The translations under genes were made by a program, and so were the position numbers. Positions 10,893 to 22,515 of a stretch of 64,000 nt of DNA are shown here, one piece after another. The DNA comes from Malacoraja senta (Eukaryota), in contig CM075992.1 in the NCBI GenBank assembly GCA_038087875.1, positions 1,366,001-1,430,000 of the forward strand, given 5' to 3'. The notes beneath the pieces are model-generated. The model was given only the letters and a program-made list of their open reading frames with translations. It had not been told where the DNA came from and did no database searches. Position 1 is the stretch's first letter. Each line of letters begins with the position of its first letter.

Positions 10893-11245
10893 CATGAGGG
10901 GAGTTGATCGGGTAGATGCACAGAGTCTCTTGCCCAGAGTAGGGGAATCGAGGACCAGAGGACACAGGTTTAAGGTGAAGGGGAAAAGATTTAATAGGAA
11001 TCTGAGGGGTAGCTTTTTCACACAAAGGGTGGTGGGTGTATGGAACAAGCTGCCGGAGGAGGTAGTTGAGGCTGGGACCATCGCAACGTTTAAGAAACAG
11101 TTAGGTAGGTACATGGATAGGACAGGTTTGGAGGGATATGGTCCAAACGCAGGCAGGTGGGACTAGTGTAGCTGGGACATGTTGGCCAGTGTGGGCAAGT
11201 TGGGCTGACGGACCTGTTTCTGTGCTGTATCACTCGATGACTATA
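10893..11245 (+). mobile_element. CR1 (HER1-like) 3' fragment
   Basis: MRGVDRVDA...TRGHRFKVKG...FFTQRVVGVWNKLP. The 3' UTR matches the SINE tail. Confidence 0.85.
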
Positions 11246-12786
11246 TATGTATATATATATATGACTCTCCTCACTGCACCACTCTGCCTTCCATTGTTCC
11301 TTGGCATGTTCTACATTATAAAAAGTGCTGTGTCAGCATAAGCTGTTGAAACGCCTCATTGGGACCACATTTATGTTTGCTAATTTTTCTCTTTTTACAT
11401 GGGTTTTAAAAGCTCATTATAATATCGCTTGCTAACTTATATCCTATTCTATTTTCATGGTCATATTTTGCTGATTCTGGCAAGTTCCCCAATCCTCAAA
11501 CACAACGTTCAGTCTTATCAAAAAAATCTCATTCAAGCTTCAGAATTAATTACATTTAAAGAAGAACAGGTTCCACAACTATATTTCTTAAAATACTGAA
11601 TTTAATATGTGGTGGCTTCGAAGTTTAATTCACTTTATCGCATTAGTTTAAGTCGAGGGTCAGACTCACAATACCTATTGACCTCTGGATTTCCCAGAGC
11701 CAACAAAGGGTTTTTAATTTTATAATATGGTTGTAGATTTGCCCCCAGTAATTTCCTAAAATACCAGAGAGGAAAATGAACAATTTTAGTGTTGGTTTCA
11801 TTTATTTATTAGCCAGAAGATTATTGGATTGTTTAATGGTAGAAGTCACATTGACTTTCTCTTTCATTTACACATTCACTTTCTCTTTCATTTTCTTTCT
11901 TTCTTGCTCTTTCTCTCTTTTACTATTTCATTTTCGCTAAAATTAAAATAATTTATTAAAAAAAAATAAAAGTCACATTGGGCTTCAGTTTAAAATCTTA
12001 TCCCAAATGTAGCCATCGGCAACAGTGAGACAAGGCCTCTGTACTAAGTCACCGAGTGCTGGAGTTACTCAGCAGGCCAGGAGCTGATCGAACCCGTGTC
12101 AGCTCTCGTACTGAAAGTCACCTATTCCTTTTCTCCAGAGATGCTGCCTGACCCGCCGAGTTAACCAATTAACTTACAACCTGTACGTTCTTTGGAGAGT
12201 AGAGTTGCTGCCTCACAGCACCAGAGACCCGGGTTCGATCCTGACTACGGGCGCTGTCTGTACGGAGTGTGTACGTTCTCCCCGTGACCTGTGTGGGTTT
12301 TCTCTGGGTGCTCTGGTTTCCTCCCACACGTGAAAGGCGTACAGGTTTGTAGGTTAATTGGCTTCTGTAAATTGTCCCCTAATGTACACGGACTGTTTGC
12401 AACAATTTTCTGTTACAATTTCCCGCATCCCCTTGTAAGGTTCTGCCCAACAGCATCATAACAATTAGTCAGGGCTGCAAACTATTTCAGTTTTCATCCA
12501 CTTGTGTCAAGATCTTATCCCTTTACTGCCTTGCCTCATCTTTTATTTACCGACCAATTTATTTTTCATCTTGTCCTTTTTGTTTGTTTCTATTCTCTTT
12601 GTAGTTAAAGTCTCTGTGTTCACTTCTAAGGGCACTCAGACGTCTTTATCCACTGATTTGCTACCCTTTGATCCATGTTCTCGCAAGGATGGTCTAAGTC
12701 CCATCTCGTACCTTTCCTCGACGATATATCTAGAAACACACGCAGATGGGGGCACTGTCTTCATGTCGGCAGTGATCACTTCCCAG

Positions 12787-13177
12787 CAAAGATCCTATAG
12801 CGAGCAAGATAGACCACTCGACGAAAAAGACGTAGTACGGTCATGGGCAGATTCACGGGTCATTTTCGGCCCCATTTCCGTAACCGGCTTCCGTCTCCGC
12901 ACCGAAGATCCCACAGGATAATAGTGCGGAGACGGAAGCCGGTTACGGAAACATCCTCGTAAAAATAAAAGTTCTTTGGTAAAAATCTTCTCCTCATTTT
13001 CAGAATTTTAATTTATGAACACAAACTGTTCCCCCGCAACGTTGATTACACTGCGGGTCGGGTCGGGTTACGGAAATGGATGAAAAAAAAGGCCCACGTT
13101 CTGTTCCGTTGCGTACTACACGTCAGCCCATTGCATTTAGAAGGAGTGGTCTATCTTGCTGTGCTATAGGATCTTTG
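12787..13177. mobile_element. Non-autonomous TIR DNA element (MITE), superfamily uncertain
   Basis: ~33-bp TIRs CAAAGATCCTATAGC-GAGCAAGATAGACCACTC and GAGTGGTCTATCTTGCTGTGCTATAGGATCTTTG. Internal perfect 28-bp inverted repeat. Confidence 0.8.
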
Positions 13178-13265
13178 GTGGCCAGACCCCTCGTGTCAAG
13201 CGGCTCTCTTACTGTGTGCTCTTCTAAAACAGAGACATTTGCACAGGTACATGGATACCATCATA

Positions 13266-13790
13266 TTATATACTTATTAAAACTGATCTAGTTCGTGTGT
13301 ATATGTGTGTGTGTATATGTGGTTGTCTTTACATCTTCGCGAAAACAATACGCTGTAACAATTACATTTTTACATCTTCCGGTTGACATTTTTCCCGTCG
13401 AGGCCGGGATCACCTTATCTGAACATTTCGTGCTTTATTTCTCGACTTATTCTCGACTAATTACTGATTAGGTCAAAAGACTTTGAAATTAAAACCACCA
13501 CCTTCAAATGATGACGTCACAATGGCTCAGCAAGCAGTGAAAAGCCTCAGTGAAGATTTCATCCAATATTTGACGCGTAATTCGCGATTACAGCTTTAAA
13601 AATGCCAACTTTCACAAGATTTTTACATATCCTGATTCACATTTTTCCCCTCGAGGCAGAGAACACTTTCAATGAACATTTTATGCTTTATTTCTCAACT
13701 TATTACTGATTAGTTACACTGGATTTCAAACTGACCAGCTTCAAATGATGACAGGTCACAATGGCAGCTTGAACTGATCACGTCCTGATG
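13266..13790 (+). repeat. Possible non-autonomous Helitron-like remnant with internal ~250-bp direct duplication
   Basis: TATATACTTATTAAAACT start and a short GT microsatellite, then two diverged copies (~13366-13525 and ~13620-13766) of TTTTTACAT...TTCAAATGATGAC..TCACAATGGC. Confidence 0.4.
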
Positions 13791-14080
13791 GATAGACTAG
13801 CAGGGGGAGAGCGAATTGCTACAGCAACATGCAGGGCAAGTGCAATTGGAATTTTTTTTAAATAGCTCTGCTGAGGGAGGCTAGGGGAGTGCTGGAATTT
13901 AACGTTCGGGAATGCTTGAGTCGGTGAACAGTGCCTCCCGTGAGGGCAAGGGGTAGGGAACTGGTGCGTTGGGGGAGCAGACTCAGGTATGATTGAATGG
14001 CGGAGTAGATGCGATGGGCCGAATGGCCTAATTCTTCTCCTATCACTTATGACATGAGGTTGTAGGAAAAAAGGCTATAA

Positions 14081-14402
14081 TGGCCCTGCCCCACGGTGCG
14101 AGTTCATTCCAAGAGCTCTCCCGAGTTTTAAAATAATCGAGCTCGTGGTAAGCACGGAGAATGAAGGTAGCGGGTACGTCGGAGCTCGGGGACGTCTCTT
14201 AGCGGCTCGTAACGCTAACGGCAGGTACTCGGGAAGACTCGCTAACGGCAGGTAAGCTCGGGAAGATTTTTCAACACGTTGAAAAAATGTCCACGAGAGC
14301 CCCGAGTACCGACGAGCGGCCATTACCGTAAATCTCCGAGTTCGAATCGGGGCAAACTCGGGGAGAGCTCTTGGAATGAACTCGTACCGTGGGACAGGGG
14401 CT
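14081..14402. mobile_element. PIF/Harbinger-type MITE (family A)
   Basis: TIRs (T/A)G(G/C)CCCTGTCCCACGGT.CGAGTTCATTCCAAGAGCTCTCCC, flanked by TAA and TTA. Reverse complement of 30153-30486. Confidence 0.85.
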
Positions 14403-14944
14403 TTAACACAGCACTTCACGAAATCCAGGGAGGTTTCGACCTGGTGATTGTGTCAATTAATTCACTGGAGCAAATGCCAACCTTCGACTAAAAAACCTGA
14501 ATGTCCTTTTGTGTTGAAAAGACCTAGGATTGTCGCGGATGCCGTCAGTACTTTGGACTGACTTCCACAGTTCCATTAAAGATCTTCCATTAAAGATCAC
14601 AGTTATCCTTCTGCCCCCATTCATATTATTACGAACTGTAGCCGCTGTTTTTGTGTTGACAGAAAGAAATATGTATCTTGCAAATGGAACAGATGTGAGT
14701 AGGTTTTAAAAGCTTTAAATGGAATCAAATCAATATTAATTCCACAGAAGGTAAAATGACACCAAGCTCCATCGTCAGCTGAAGGCTCAGGGTTCGAGAT
14801 GAAACAAAACTCTCGATGATCCAGCCAATCCTCCTTCACTCAGCTATCTCTGATTAACTCTATACCCTTCTATTTTTTAGAAACCTATGTTTCGACCCAC
14901 AACCACATTGCCTAGGTACTGCTGATTTAACCTATATGTAAGCA

Positions 14945-15445
14945 TAAAAAATAGGTGCAGGAGCAGGCCATTTGGCCCTTCGAGCCAGCACCGCCATTCA
15001 ATAGACAATAGACAATAGGTGCAGGAGCAGGCCATTTGGCCCTTTGAGCCAGCACCGCCATTCAATAGACAATAGACAATAGGTGCAGGAACAGGCCATT
15101 TGGCCCTTCGAGCCAGCACCGCCATTCAATGTGATCATGGCTGATCATCCCCAATCAGTACCCCGTTCCTGCCTTCTCCCCATATCCCCTGACTCCGCTA
15201 TTTTTAAGAGCCCTATCTAGCTCTCTCTCGAAAGCATCCAGAGAACCGGCCTCCACCGCCCTCTGAGGCAGAGAATTCCACAGACTCACCACTCTCTGTG
15301 AGAAAAAGTGTTTCCTCGTCTCTGTTCTAAGAAAAAGTGTTTCCTCGTCTCCATTCTAAGAAAAAGTGTTTCCTCGTCTCCGTTCTAAGAAAAAGTGTTT
15401 CCTCGTCTCCATTCTAAGAAAAAGTGTTTCCTCGTCTGCGTTCTA
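14945..15445 (-). mobile_element. CR1 3' fragment with reiterated ends
   Basis: Three copies of a 64-bp 3' tail (14950-15130) and five copies of a 29-bp unit at the 5' junction (15301-15445). Confidence 0.85.
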
Positions 15446-16140
15446 ATTCAATGTGATCATGACTGATCATCCAGAATCAGTAACCCGTTCCTGCTTTCTC
15501 CCCATATCCCTTGATTCTACTCAGACACTCTAACTCTCTCTTTTGAGTACATTTCAATGAATTGGCCTCCGCTGCCTTCTGTGGCAGAGAATTCCACAGA
15601 TTCACAACTCTCTGGCTGGAAAAGATTTTCCTCATCTCAGTTTTTGGATGGCAACTCAAGTAACTAATGGTTTGCCATCCAGCACTGCATAAGCCACACA
15701 AAACCCCCCCACAAAGTGCTGGGGTATCTCAGCGGGTCAGGCAGTCTGAAGAAGGGTCTCGACCAACACCCACATTGCCTAGTTACTGCTGATTTACCCT
15801 ACATGTAATCATTACCTTCAATGATTCAAGTAAGAATTCCTAGATCATCGTCTTTTTTGATCTGTCCTTTTCACACCTTCCATTCTCTTTGAACCCTTGC
15901 ATATGTCCAGTTTCCCTCTCCCCTGACTCAGTCTGAAGAAGGGTCTCGACCCAGAACGTCACCCATTCCTTCCTTCCAGAGTTATTCCAGCATTTTGTGT
16001 CTATCTTCAGTGTAAACCAGCATCTGCAGTTCCTTCCTACACATCAAACCACAATGTCCTCCGTTTCTCGATTCCACTGCTCTGGGCAAGAGACTCTGTG
16101 CGTCCACCCGATCTATTCCTCTCATCATTTTGTGCATTTG

Positions 16141-16455
16141 TTTAGTTTAGTTCAGTTTAGTTCTACACAACGCGGTAAACAGGCCCATTGGCCCACCTAG
16201 TCCGCGCCGACCATCGATCCCGCACATTAACGCTATCCTACACACACACTGGGGACAATTTTACACATACACCACGCCAATTAACCTACAAACCTGCACG
16301 TCTTTGGAGTGTGGGAGGAAACCGAAGATCTCGTAGAAAACCCACGCAGGTCACGGGGAGAAGGTACAAACTCCGTACAGACAGCACCCGTAGTCGGGAT
16401 CGAACCAGGGTCTCCGACGCTGTAGGGCAGCAACTCTACCGCTGCACCACCATGC
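16141..16455 (-). mobile_element. V-SINE (HE1-like), full length
   Basis: Reverse-complement SINE head, V-domain and tail. Confidence 0.88.
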
Positions 16456-16954
16456 TGCTGTTGTATGACACTTTATATTATGCTCCGGGAGAGAACATGG
16501 CACAGTGTGGGGTCACCTGCTCTGTTTTGACTGTGCTGACTCTTTGGAAAGGCTATCCTTTACAACAAGACTTTCACCATAGCCCTGCAAAAATATTGCC
16601 TTCACAGATGTATCCAATTCCCTTCTGAAAGCTATTAAATCTGCTTTGACTGTCCTTCAGGCAAGAGATGTTGGATCTTAACAATGTGCTGTGTTTAAAA
16701 ACAAAAACAACAATCTCCTCTTGCCTCGGGCTATTTTCCCAATTACCTTCAAGATTAAAAGACCAACTTCAGGCACCTGGAGCCAGCACTCGAGAGGTAT
16801 GTTGGTTGGATTGCAATCATTGCAGGAGCATTTCGGTGTCAGGAGACGTGCTTGAATTGGAAGGGCCCTCACACGGACTGGTCAAGCGGCAACCTTTATC
16901 AATCATCCATGGAGGGTCACATCCTTCAGCCAAACCTATCAACTCCTTCATCAA

Positions 16955-17172
16955 TATCCCCAGATACCTCATCATGTCACCCCATCAGCCGTCTTGTACA
17001 GCATATAATCCTCCAACATTTTCACTGCCTCCAACGGGATCCCACAACTGGCCACATCTTCCCATCACCTCCGCTGACATCAGTCTGAAGAAGGGTCTCG
17101 ACATGAAACGTCGCCCATTCCTTCTCTCCAGAGATGTTGCCTCACCCGCTGAGTTACTCCAGCGTTTAGTGT
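16955..17172 (+). mobile_element. PLE fragment joined to terminal repeat
   Basis: HPISRLVQHIILQHFHCLQRDPTTGHIFPSPP (resembles the PLE RT-to-endonuclease linker) followed directly by the hammerhead motif at 17085-17112. Confidence 0.7.
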
Positions 17173-17239
17173 CTCCCCAGATACCCCCCCTGGCTCTGGA
17201 TACCAAGATACACAATTGAATTTACTCATTCTCAATTTT

Positions 17240-18172
17240 CAGGACTCAAAGTCGCTTTACAATTGAGAGCCAGGAATAAACAAAACAAAATAGAGCAGTA
17301 AGACAAAGGGGAGGGGGACATGGGACTAAGGGTATGCAGAGGTGAAGAGATGGGTCTTGAGGCGGGACTGGAAGATGGTGAGGGACCTCTTGTGGGACCG
17401 GTTGTGGGAGGGAATTCCAGAGCCTGGGAGCTGCCCTGGAGAAGGCTCTGCCTCCAAAAGTGTAGAGGTTTGCTTTCGGAGTGGAGAGGAGACCAGCTGA
17501 TGTGGATCTGAGGGACCGTGAGGGTTGGTAGGGGGAGAGGAGGTCAATGAGATAAGGGGGGGGGGGGGGGCAGGTTGTTGAGGGCTTTGTAGGTGAGGAC
17601 CAGGATTTTGTAGGTGATCCGGTGGGAAATGGGAAGCCAGTGAAGTTCTTTGAGAACTGGGGTGATGTGGTGCCAGGATTTGGTGTGGGTGATGAGTCGG
17701 GCGGCTGCATTCTGGACCAGTTGGAGTCGGTTGATGCTGCTGGAATTGATTCCGAAAAGAAGAGAGTTACAGTAGTCCAGTCGGGAGGAGATGAAGGCAT
17801 GGATGAGTCTTTCAGCAGCGGGGGGTGTGAGAGAGAGGATCTGATTTTTGCAATGTTGCGGAGGTGAAAAAATGATGTTTTGACAACATGGCGGATGTGA
17901 GGCTCAAGGGAGATGGTTGAATCAAAGATCACGCCAAGGTTGCGTGCCTGAGGAGATGGGGAGACAGTGGTGCCGTCAATAGTGAGAGTGGGGTTGTTAA
18001 TTTTAGTGAGTGTTGATTTGGAGCCAATGAGGAGAAATTCTGTTTTGCTACTGTTTAATTTAAGGAAGTTGAGTTGCATCCAAGATTTGATGGCTGATAG
18101 GCAGGAGTTGATATGGGAGCGAGGGGGGGTGGTGGGGGGACTTGGTGCTGAGATAGATCTGGGTGTCATCAG
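17240..18172 (-). mobile_element. L2-clade LINE 3' fragment, frameshifted
   Basis: ADDTQIYLS...WMQLNFLKLNSSKTEFLLIG...ARNLGVIFDS...GRAFSRAAPRLWNSLP. Confidence 0.9.
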
Positions 18173-18430
18173 CAAGAGTGGGTGAGCGTTTGACGGCACT
18201 GAGCCTGCACTCGCTGGAGTTTAGAAGGTTGAGGGGGGACCTCATTGAAACTTACAGAATAATGAAAGGCCTGGATAGAGTGGATGTGGAGAGGATGTTT
18301 CCACTGGTGGGAGAGTCTAGGACCAGAGGTCACAGCCTCAGAATTAAAGGGCGCTCTTTTGGAAAGGAGGTGAGGAGGAACTTCTTTAGTCAGAGGTTAG
18401 TTAATCTGTGGAACTCATTGCCACAGAGGG
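18173..18430 (+). mobile_element. CR1 fragment
   Basis: SLEFRRLRGDLIETYRIMKGLDRVDVE...WNSLPQ. Confidence 0.85.
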
Positions 18431-18697
18431 ATGTGAGGTGTATGGAACAAGCTGCCGGAGGAGGTAGTTGAGGCTGGGACTATCGCAAAGTTCAAGAGTC
18501 AGGAGTGTTTTAGTGTCATATGTCCTGGACGGGACAATGAAATTCGTACTTGCTGCAACACAACAGAATATGTGAATATGTAAACATTGTATATAGCGGG
18601 GGAAGAGAAATAAAAAAGAAAAAGTTGAATAAATAACAAATATAGTGTAATACTAATAATACTACTACTAATAACAACAACATTTAAGAAATATTTA

Positions 18698-19121
18698 AGC
18701 CCCTGTCCCACGGTGCGACTTTACCCAAGAGTTCTCCCGAGTTTAAAAAAAAAAATCAAACTCGTGGTAAGGACGTAGAATGAACGTAGCGGCTACGTCG
18801 GAGCTCGTGGATGTCTCGTAGCGGCTCGTAATGCTAACGGCAGGTACTCGGGAAACGCGGAAACTCGTGAAGTTTTTTCAACCGTGTGAAAAACTTCCAA
18901 GAGTAAAAAAATACTCGTGATGAAGTACCAGGAGTTTGATTTTTTTTAAACTCGTGAGAGCTCTTGGGTAAACTCGCATCGTGGGGCAGGGGCTTGAATG
19001 TTTCTTAAATATTATTATTATTATTATTATTATTATTCATATTGCACTATATTTTTTATTTATTGACATTAACTTATTGAACTTTTTTTTATTTCTCTTC
19101 CCCCGTTATAGGACAGGGGCT
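18698..19121. mobile_element. Harbinger-type MITE with captured inverted copy of its left flank
   Basis: Left TIR AGCCCCTGTCCCAC at 18698. Right TIR ends at 18994 and again at 19121. TTA TSD at 18695-18697 and 19122-19124. Confidence 0.8.
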
Positions 19122-19639
19122 TTAGGCAGGTACATGGATAGGACAGGTTTGGAGGGATATGGACCAAACGCAGGCAGGTGGGACGTGTAGACGGGACATG
19201 TTGGTCAGTGCGGGCAAGTTGGGCCGAAGGGCCTATGACCACGACGCTATATCTTAATTGCTGTTGTGTTTTCATAGACACAGCGATGAAGTCTTATCAT
19301 CCCTCTGTCTTTTTCTCTTACATACACACAAACAGGGAGATGCACACTGAAATCTGCAATGGAAGGAACTAAAATCAATTCCTACCTCCATCTGCACTCC
19401 CTTGAGCCGTTTAATCTTTCTCTCATCGCATCCATATAATGAGTAAAACTGGAAGGCAAGAAGTTGAGGGCCGAGTGACTCCTTGCAGGGACTCACTACA
19501 CAAGACAGCTCCATCAGACACAATTAAACACAACGAAACCGCCGGCACGGTGGCGCAGCGGTAGAGTTGCTGCCTCACAGCGCCAGGGTCCCGGGTTCAA
19601 TCCTGACCACGGCTGCTGTCTGTACGGAGTTTGTACCTT

Positions 19640-20095
19640 CTCAAGTTCAAGTGAGTTTATTGTCGTGTGTCCCTGATAGGACAATGAAATTCTTGCTTTG
19701 CTTCAGCACAACAGAACATAGTAGGTACACAAAAATGCTGGAGAAACTCAGCGGGTGCAGCAGCATCTATGGAGCGAAGGAAATAGGCGACGTTTCGGGC
19801 CGAAACCCTTCCTCAGACATAGTAGGCATTGACTACAAAACAGATCAGTGTGTCCATATATCATTCTATAAATATATACACACATGAATAAAGAAACTGA
19901 TAAAGTGCAAATAACAGATAATGGGTTATTAATGTTCAGAGTTTTGTCCGAGCCAAGTTTAATAGCCTGATGGCTGTGGGGAAGTAGCTATTCCTGAACC
20001 TGGTCGTTGCAGTCTTCAGGCTCCTGTACCTTCTACCTGAAGGTAGCGGGGAGATGAGTGTGTGGGCCGGATGGTGTGGGTCTTTGATGATACTG
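19640..20095 (-). mobile_element. Rex1/Babar LINE 3' end inserted in a V-SINE
   Basis: [46 protein letters not shown]; same family as 55113-56690. Confidence 0.85.
19726..19816 (-). mobile_element. Solo ~91-bp PLE hammerhead mini-insert
   Basis: TSD ACATAGTAGG at 19716-19725 and 19817-19826. The 5' end is at the CTGAGGA core. Confidence 0.85.
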
Positions 20096-21262
20096 CCCGT
20101 GACCTGCGTGGGTTTTCCCCAGGTGCTCTGGTTTCCTCCCACACTGCCGGTTTGTAGGTTAATTGGGTTTGGTACAAATTGTAAATTGTAAATTGCCCCA
20201 GGTGTGTAGGATAGCGGGGATCGCAGGTCGGCACGGACTCGGTGGGTCGAAGGGCCAGTTTTTGTGCTGTATCTCATAGAGCGATACAGTGTGGAAACAG
20301 GCCCTTCGGCCCAACTTACCCACACCGGCCAACAATGTCCCAGTTGCACTAGTCCCACCCGCCTGTGCTTGGTCCATATCCCTCCAAACCTGTCCTATCC
20401 ATGTACCTGCCCAACTGTTTCTTAAACGATGGGATAGTCCCAGCCTCAACTACCTCCTCTGGCAGCTTGTTCCCATACACCCACCACCCTCTGTGTGAAA
20501 AAGGTATCCCTTGGATTAAACCTATTAAATCTTTTCCCCTTCACCTTGAACCTTTGTCGAAACTAAACTAACTGCATTACCTGTTGACCCAAGGCGGTCA
20601 ACTGTTGAACTGTCCCAGATACTGGTGTGCTCAGAAGAAGTGTGTCGACACAAAGTTGTATTGTGCTGGAAAAACATGGACACCCTTGTTCACCCCCCTC
20701 CTGCTCACTCACAGACCTACACCAGCTCCTTGTATTTAATTTGCTCCACACTCACTCTCACGCAGAGTGGGGGCAGCGGTAGAGGTAGCATAGGTTTGTG
20801 AAAACGCACACCTCCAGATTCAGGGACAGTTTCTTCCCAGCTGTTATCAGGCAACTGAACCATCCTACCACAACCAGAGAACGGCGCTGAACTACTATCT
20901 ACCTCATTGGTGACCCTCGGACTATCCTTGATCGGACTTTGCTGGCTTTACCTTGCACTAAATGTCACCATGTATCCATACGCTGTAAATGGCTCGATTA
21001 TCTTTCCGCTGACTGGTTAGCACGCAACAAAAGCTTTTCACTGTACCTCGGTACACGTGATAATAAACGGAACTGAGTTGCTACTTTACAGTTCCAAAGA
21101 CCGAGGTTACATCAAGTCTCAACCCATTCTCCTGCCTTCTCCCATGACACTAATCAAGAATCTATCATTCTCTACCTTAAAAATATCCACTGACTTGGCC
21201 TCCACAGCCATCTGTGGCAATGAGTTCCACAGGTTCACCAACCTCTGACTAAAGAAATTCCT

Positions 21263-21353
21263 CTGAAGAAGGGTTTCGGCCCGAAACGTTGCCTATTTCC
21301 TTCGCTCCATAGATGCTGCTGAACCCGCTGAGTTCTCCAGCATTTTTGTCTAC
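21263..21353 (+). mobile_element. Solo ~91-bp PLE hammerhead mini-insert
   Basis: TSD CTAAAGAAATTCCT at 21249-21262 and 21354-21367. Starts at CTGAAGA. Confidence 0.85.
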
Positions 21354-21505
21354 CTAAAGAAATTCCTCCACATCTCCTTCCTACAGGTACGTCCTTTTAT
21401 TCTGAAGCTGCGGCCTCTGGCCCTGGATTCTCCCTACAAATGGAGACATCCTCTCCACATCCACTCTATCCAGTCCTGGATAATGGAAGTAACAAGAACT
21501 TATGA

Positions 21506-21596
21506 AGAAGGGTCTCGACCCGAAACGTCACCTATTCCCTTCGCTCCATAGATGCTGCCTCACCCGCTGAGTTTCTCCAGCATTTGTGTCCACCTT
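21506..21596 (+). mobile_element. Solo ~91-bp PLE hammerhead mini-insert
   Basis: TSD AGAACTTATGA at 21495-21505 and 21597-21607. The 5' junction lies inside the TGAAGA core. Confidence 0.85.
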
Positions 21597-22053
21597 AGAA
21601 CTTATGATAAACACTTTCAAATTGAACAGTGGCTGCAAGATGTTCAGAGTTGAGTTGAGTTCAGTTTATTGTCACGTTGTACCGAGGTAGAGTGAAAAGC
21701 TTTTGCTGCGTGCTAACCAGTCAGCGGAAAGACAATACAGGATTACAATCGAGCCATTCACAGTGTATAGATACATGATAAAGGGTGTAACTTGAATAAC
21801 ATTTAATGCAAGATAATGTCCAGTTTGGACTGATCAAAAATAGTACGGGGGTCTCCAAAGAGGTAGATTGTAGTTCAGGACTGCTAAACGCTAAAAGATA
21901 GGGTAGACACTCAGAACCTTATTTTTGGGATGGAAAAGATAAAAGAGAGGTCAAAGTTAGGTAATGAGTAAATAAGCTCCAGAAAGATGGAGAAGCAAAA
22001 TTCTATATTGATTATTAGACTCAGATTTTGTACCCAATGGAACATAATTCAGT

Positions 22054-22081
22054 CTGAAGAAGGGTCTCGACCCGAAACGTC
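22054..22081 (+). ncRNA. Minimal hammerhead ribozyme motif (consensus copy)
   Basis: CTGAAGAAGGGTCTCGACCCGAAACGTC. Confidence 0.7.
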
Positions 22082-22236
22082 TCCCATTCCTTCTCTCTAG
22101 AGATGCTGCCCGTCCCGCTGAGTTACTCCAGCATTTTGTGTCAACTTCGAACCCAATTCTGGATAATTTAACAGGGACTCGAGTGTTGTTGGACAAGGTA
22201 AATGAAGATCTACTCAAATCTTTATATTGCTGAACT

Positions 22237-22515
22237 AGAGTTTAGTTTAGAGATACAGCGCGGAAACAGGGTCCGCGCCAACCAGCGATCCCCGCATAAC
22301 ACTATCCGACACACACTAGGGACAATTTACAATTTTACCGAAGCCAATTAACCTACAAACCTGTACGTCTTTGGAGTGTGGGAGGAAGCCGAAGATGTCG
22401 GAGAAAACCCACGCAGGTCATGGGGAGAACGAACAAACTCCGTACAGACAGCGCCCGTAGTCAGGATCGAACCCGGGTCTCTGGCGCTGTGAGGCAGCAA
22501 CTCTACCGCTGCTCC
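22237..22515 (-). mobile_element. V-SINE (HE1-like)
   Basis: Reverse-complement SINE. Confidence 0.88.
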
